This document shows, in pieces, positions 62,108-64,000 of a DNA stretch of 64,000 nt. Source of the DNA: Candidatus Poribacteria bacterium (lineage in GTDB: Bacteria > Poribacteria > WGA-4E > WGA-3G); assembly GCA_965198235.1 (NCBI GenBank), contig OZ240248.1:2432001-2496000 (forward strand). The letters run 5' to 3'. Below the pieces are notes generated by a model, which saw nothing but the letters and a program-made list of their open reading frames with translations, made no database searches and was not told the DNA's origin. The position numbers and the translations under genes were made by a program. How positions within the stretch are numbered: position 1 is the stretch's first letter; each line of letters starts with the position of its first letter.

Positions 62108-63133
62108 ATGAACAGCCCCTCAAAAATCGGTGTTGGCGTTATCGGTACCGGACGCATCGGTAAACTGCACATTGAACACCTCGCCCAGAACGTACCAGAA
62201 GCCGAACTGATCGCCATTTGCAGTTTGGACCCGCCGGGTATTGAATCTCTCGCGAAACAGTTTAATGTCCCAAAGACAACTAACGATTATACCGCGCTTT
62301 TGGCTGACCCGCAGATTGAAGCGGTGTTAGTGGCGTCTGCTACCGATACGCACGTCGAAATTAGCCAAGCCGCCGCGCAGGCGGGGAAACATGTCTTTTG
62401 TGAGAAACCGATCTCCTTGGATTTGGAACAGATTGATGAAACCTTAGCGATTGTGGAAAGGGCAGGAGTCAAGTTTCAGGTCGGTTTCAACCGTCGGTTT
62501 GATGCGAGTTTCATGCGGGTTCGCGAAGCGGTTGCTTCTGGAGAGATTGGCGACCCGCACATCATACGGATCACAAGCCGAGACCCCTCACCACCACCGA
62601 TTGAATACGTCAAGGTCTCTGGCGGGATTTTTCTTGACATGACGATTCATGATTTCGATATGGCACGCTATCTCATCGGGGACGAGGTTGTTGAGGTCTA
62701 TGCAACAGGGGGTGTGCGCGTTGATCCACAAATCGGTGAGGCAGGCGACATTGACACTGCCGTTATCACTTTACGGTTCCAAAATGGGGTTATCGCAACC
62801 ATTGATAACAGCAGAGAGGCTGTCTACGGTTACGACCAGCGTGTTGAGGTCTTCGGTTCAAAAGGGATGGTAACGGCGGCGAATCCGCTGACAAATACCG
62901 TTACCTTTAGCGGTAGTGAAGGGAGACACGCTGCCTCCCCTCCGTATTTCTTTGTGGAACGCTATAAGCCTGCGTTTCTTTCAGAGTTGCAAGCGTTCTT
63001 TGCGTGCATTCAGGAAGACACGCCACCGCCAGTTACAGGGAAGGATGGTAAGGCACCTGTCGTGATGGGTTTCGCAGCGTTGAAGTCGCTTCGTGAAAAC
63101 CGTCCTGTCCTCTTATCGGAGATTGAGTCGTAA
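62108..63133 (+). CDS. iolG: Inositol 2-dehydrogenase
   Basis: GTGRIG, FCEKPI, GFNRRFD, ITSRDP, SGGIFLDMTIHDFD, YGYDQRVE. Confidence 0.9.
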   Translation: MNSPSKIGVGVIGTGRIGKLHIEHLAQNVPEAELIAICSLDPPGIESLAKQFNVPKTTNDYTALLADPQIEAVLVASATDTHVEISQAAAQAGKHVFCEKPISLDLEQIDETLAIVERAGVKFQVGFNRRFDASFMRVREAVASGEIGDPHIIRITSRDPSPPPIEYVKVSGGIFLDMTIHDFDMARYLIGDEVVEVYATGGVRVDPQIGEAGDIDTAVITLRFQNGVIATIDNSREAVYGYDQRVEVFGSKGMVTAANPLTNTVTFSGSEGRHAASPPYFFVERYKPAFLSELQAFFACIQEDTPPPVTGKDGKAPVVMGFAALKSLRENRPVLLSEIES

Positions 63134-63151
63134 GAATCTGAGTCGCTTGTG

Positions 63152-63880
63152 CTACTCACCGGCGACTTCGCCGACTTCGATGTCAATCTCGTCTCGGTTT
63201 CTGATACGTTCCACAAGTCCGTCTCGGATGTCCACAATCCGGTCAGAGACATCAAGCATCTTCAGGTCGTGCGTTGCTGAAATAACGGTGACCCCTTGTT
63301 CTCTATTCAAGCGTTTAATGAGGTCGATAATCTCGCGTCCAGTAATTGTGTCAAGGTTTGCTGTCGGTTCGTCGGCGAGGACGATGCTCGGATCGTTCGC
63401 AAGTGCTCTGGCAATAGCGACGCGTTGACGCTGTCCGCCCGAAAGTTCGTCGGGGAGGTGGTACATCCTATCCCCCAATCCTACCATATCCAGCAACTTT
63501 TCTGCTTTTTCATTTCGTTGTCTCTCAGGTATCCCGGCGAAAATCATGGGTAGTGTTACATTTCCATGCGCGCTCCGCACATGCAGCAAATTGTAACTTT
63601 GAAAAATATAGCCCACGCGGTGACACCGGAACGCCGCAATCTGTCTTTGCGAAAGTTGGGACATATCTTGCCCGTCGATGTAAACCTGACCCTCCGTAGG
63701 ACGATCGAGTGCACCGATCATGTTAAAGAGCGTGGATTTACCCGAACCCGAGGGACCCATCAATGAAATATATTCCCCGCGTTCAATCTCAATATTGATG
63801 CCATCCAATGCACGAAGAATGTTTGAACCCATGCGATATTCTTTGACAACATCTTCAGTTTTCACAACGATATCAGCCAT
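63152..63880 (-). CDS. ABC transporter ATP-binding protein (LolD/MacB-like)
   Basis: [34 protein letters not shown]; start MADIVVK after GGAGG. Confidence 0.92.
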   Translation of the reverse strand: MADIVVKTEDVVKEYRMGSNILRALDGINIEIERGEYISLMGPSGSGKSTLFNMIGALDRPTEGQVYIDGQDMSQLSQRQIAAFRCHRVGYIFQSYNLLHVRSAHGNVTLPMIFAGIPERQRNEKAEKLLDMVGLGDRMYHLPDELSGGQRQRVAIARALANDPSIVLADEPTANLDTITGREIIDLIKRLNREQGVTVISATHDLKMLDVSDRIVDIRDGLVERIRNRDEIDIEVGEVAGE

Positions 63881-63894
63881 AATTTCCTCCGTGC

Positions 63895-64000
63895 CTATAC
63901 CTCGGTACGCATTGCCTCGGCGGGCGGAAGTTTCGCCGCACGCCACGCCGGGAACGATGAACCGATTACTGCCAAGATCATGCCAAGAATACATCCAAGC
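63895..64000 (-). CDS. ABC transporter permease (FtsX-like), C-terminal end only
   Basis: Manual translation ...LAVIGSSFPAWRAAKLPPAEAMRTEV*. Confidence 0.8.
   Translation of the reverse strand, partial: LGCILGMILAVIGSSFPAWRAAKLPPAEAMRTEV

Noticed and set aside
1-64000. tRNA, rRNA, riboswitch or prophage genes
   Set aside because: No cloverleaf, rRNA-like or phage structural signatures recognised by eye; an Infernal/Rfam scan would be needed to exclude small RNAs.

Overview
Bacterial chromosomal window of roughly 50% GC by eye. It is most likely Candidatus Poribacteria. That call is an inference from the 'NQNFPNPFNPETWIP...RKMLIKR' C-terminal domain, a 'KLAT.WGKIK'-type C-terminal remnant, the sugar-oxidoreductase and dioxygenase content, and dense REP-like intergenic palindromes. 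Housekeeping content: moaA followed by a SUF Fe-S operon (sufC-B-D-grx-sufS-sufU-Rieske ferredoxin), a D-cysteine desulfhydrase-family enzyme, an ECF sigma/anti-sigma/HtrA locus, uvrA, pcrA, gatC-gatA, a frameshifted S41 protease, mmsA/iolA, iolE-like and iolG genes, and an ABC exporter. Accessory content: a tandemly duplicated SAM-methyltransferase + ALKBH8-like dioxygenase module, an IS630, a decayed IS3, an MNT-HEPN / double nucleotidyltransferase cluster, and a toxin-antitoxin / restriction-like island at about 55-61 kb. Signals the ORF track misses: (i) a UGA-recoded GrdB/PrdB-like selenoprotein (U-P-M-C with a SECIS-like hairpin); (ii) REP-like hairpins whose loops carry variable, combinatorial arrays of 10-12 nt A/C-rich modules; (iii) a conserved 13-nt loop cassette in otherwise different stems; (iv) several such repeats sitting in-frame inside intact genes; (v) several small pseudogene remnants. 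No tRNA, rRNA or CRISPR array was seen. All calls are by eye from sequence motifs; no database searches were run.
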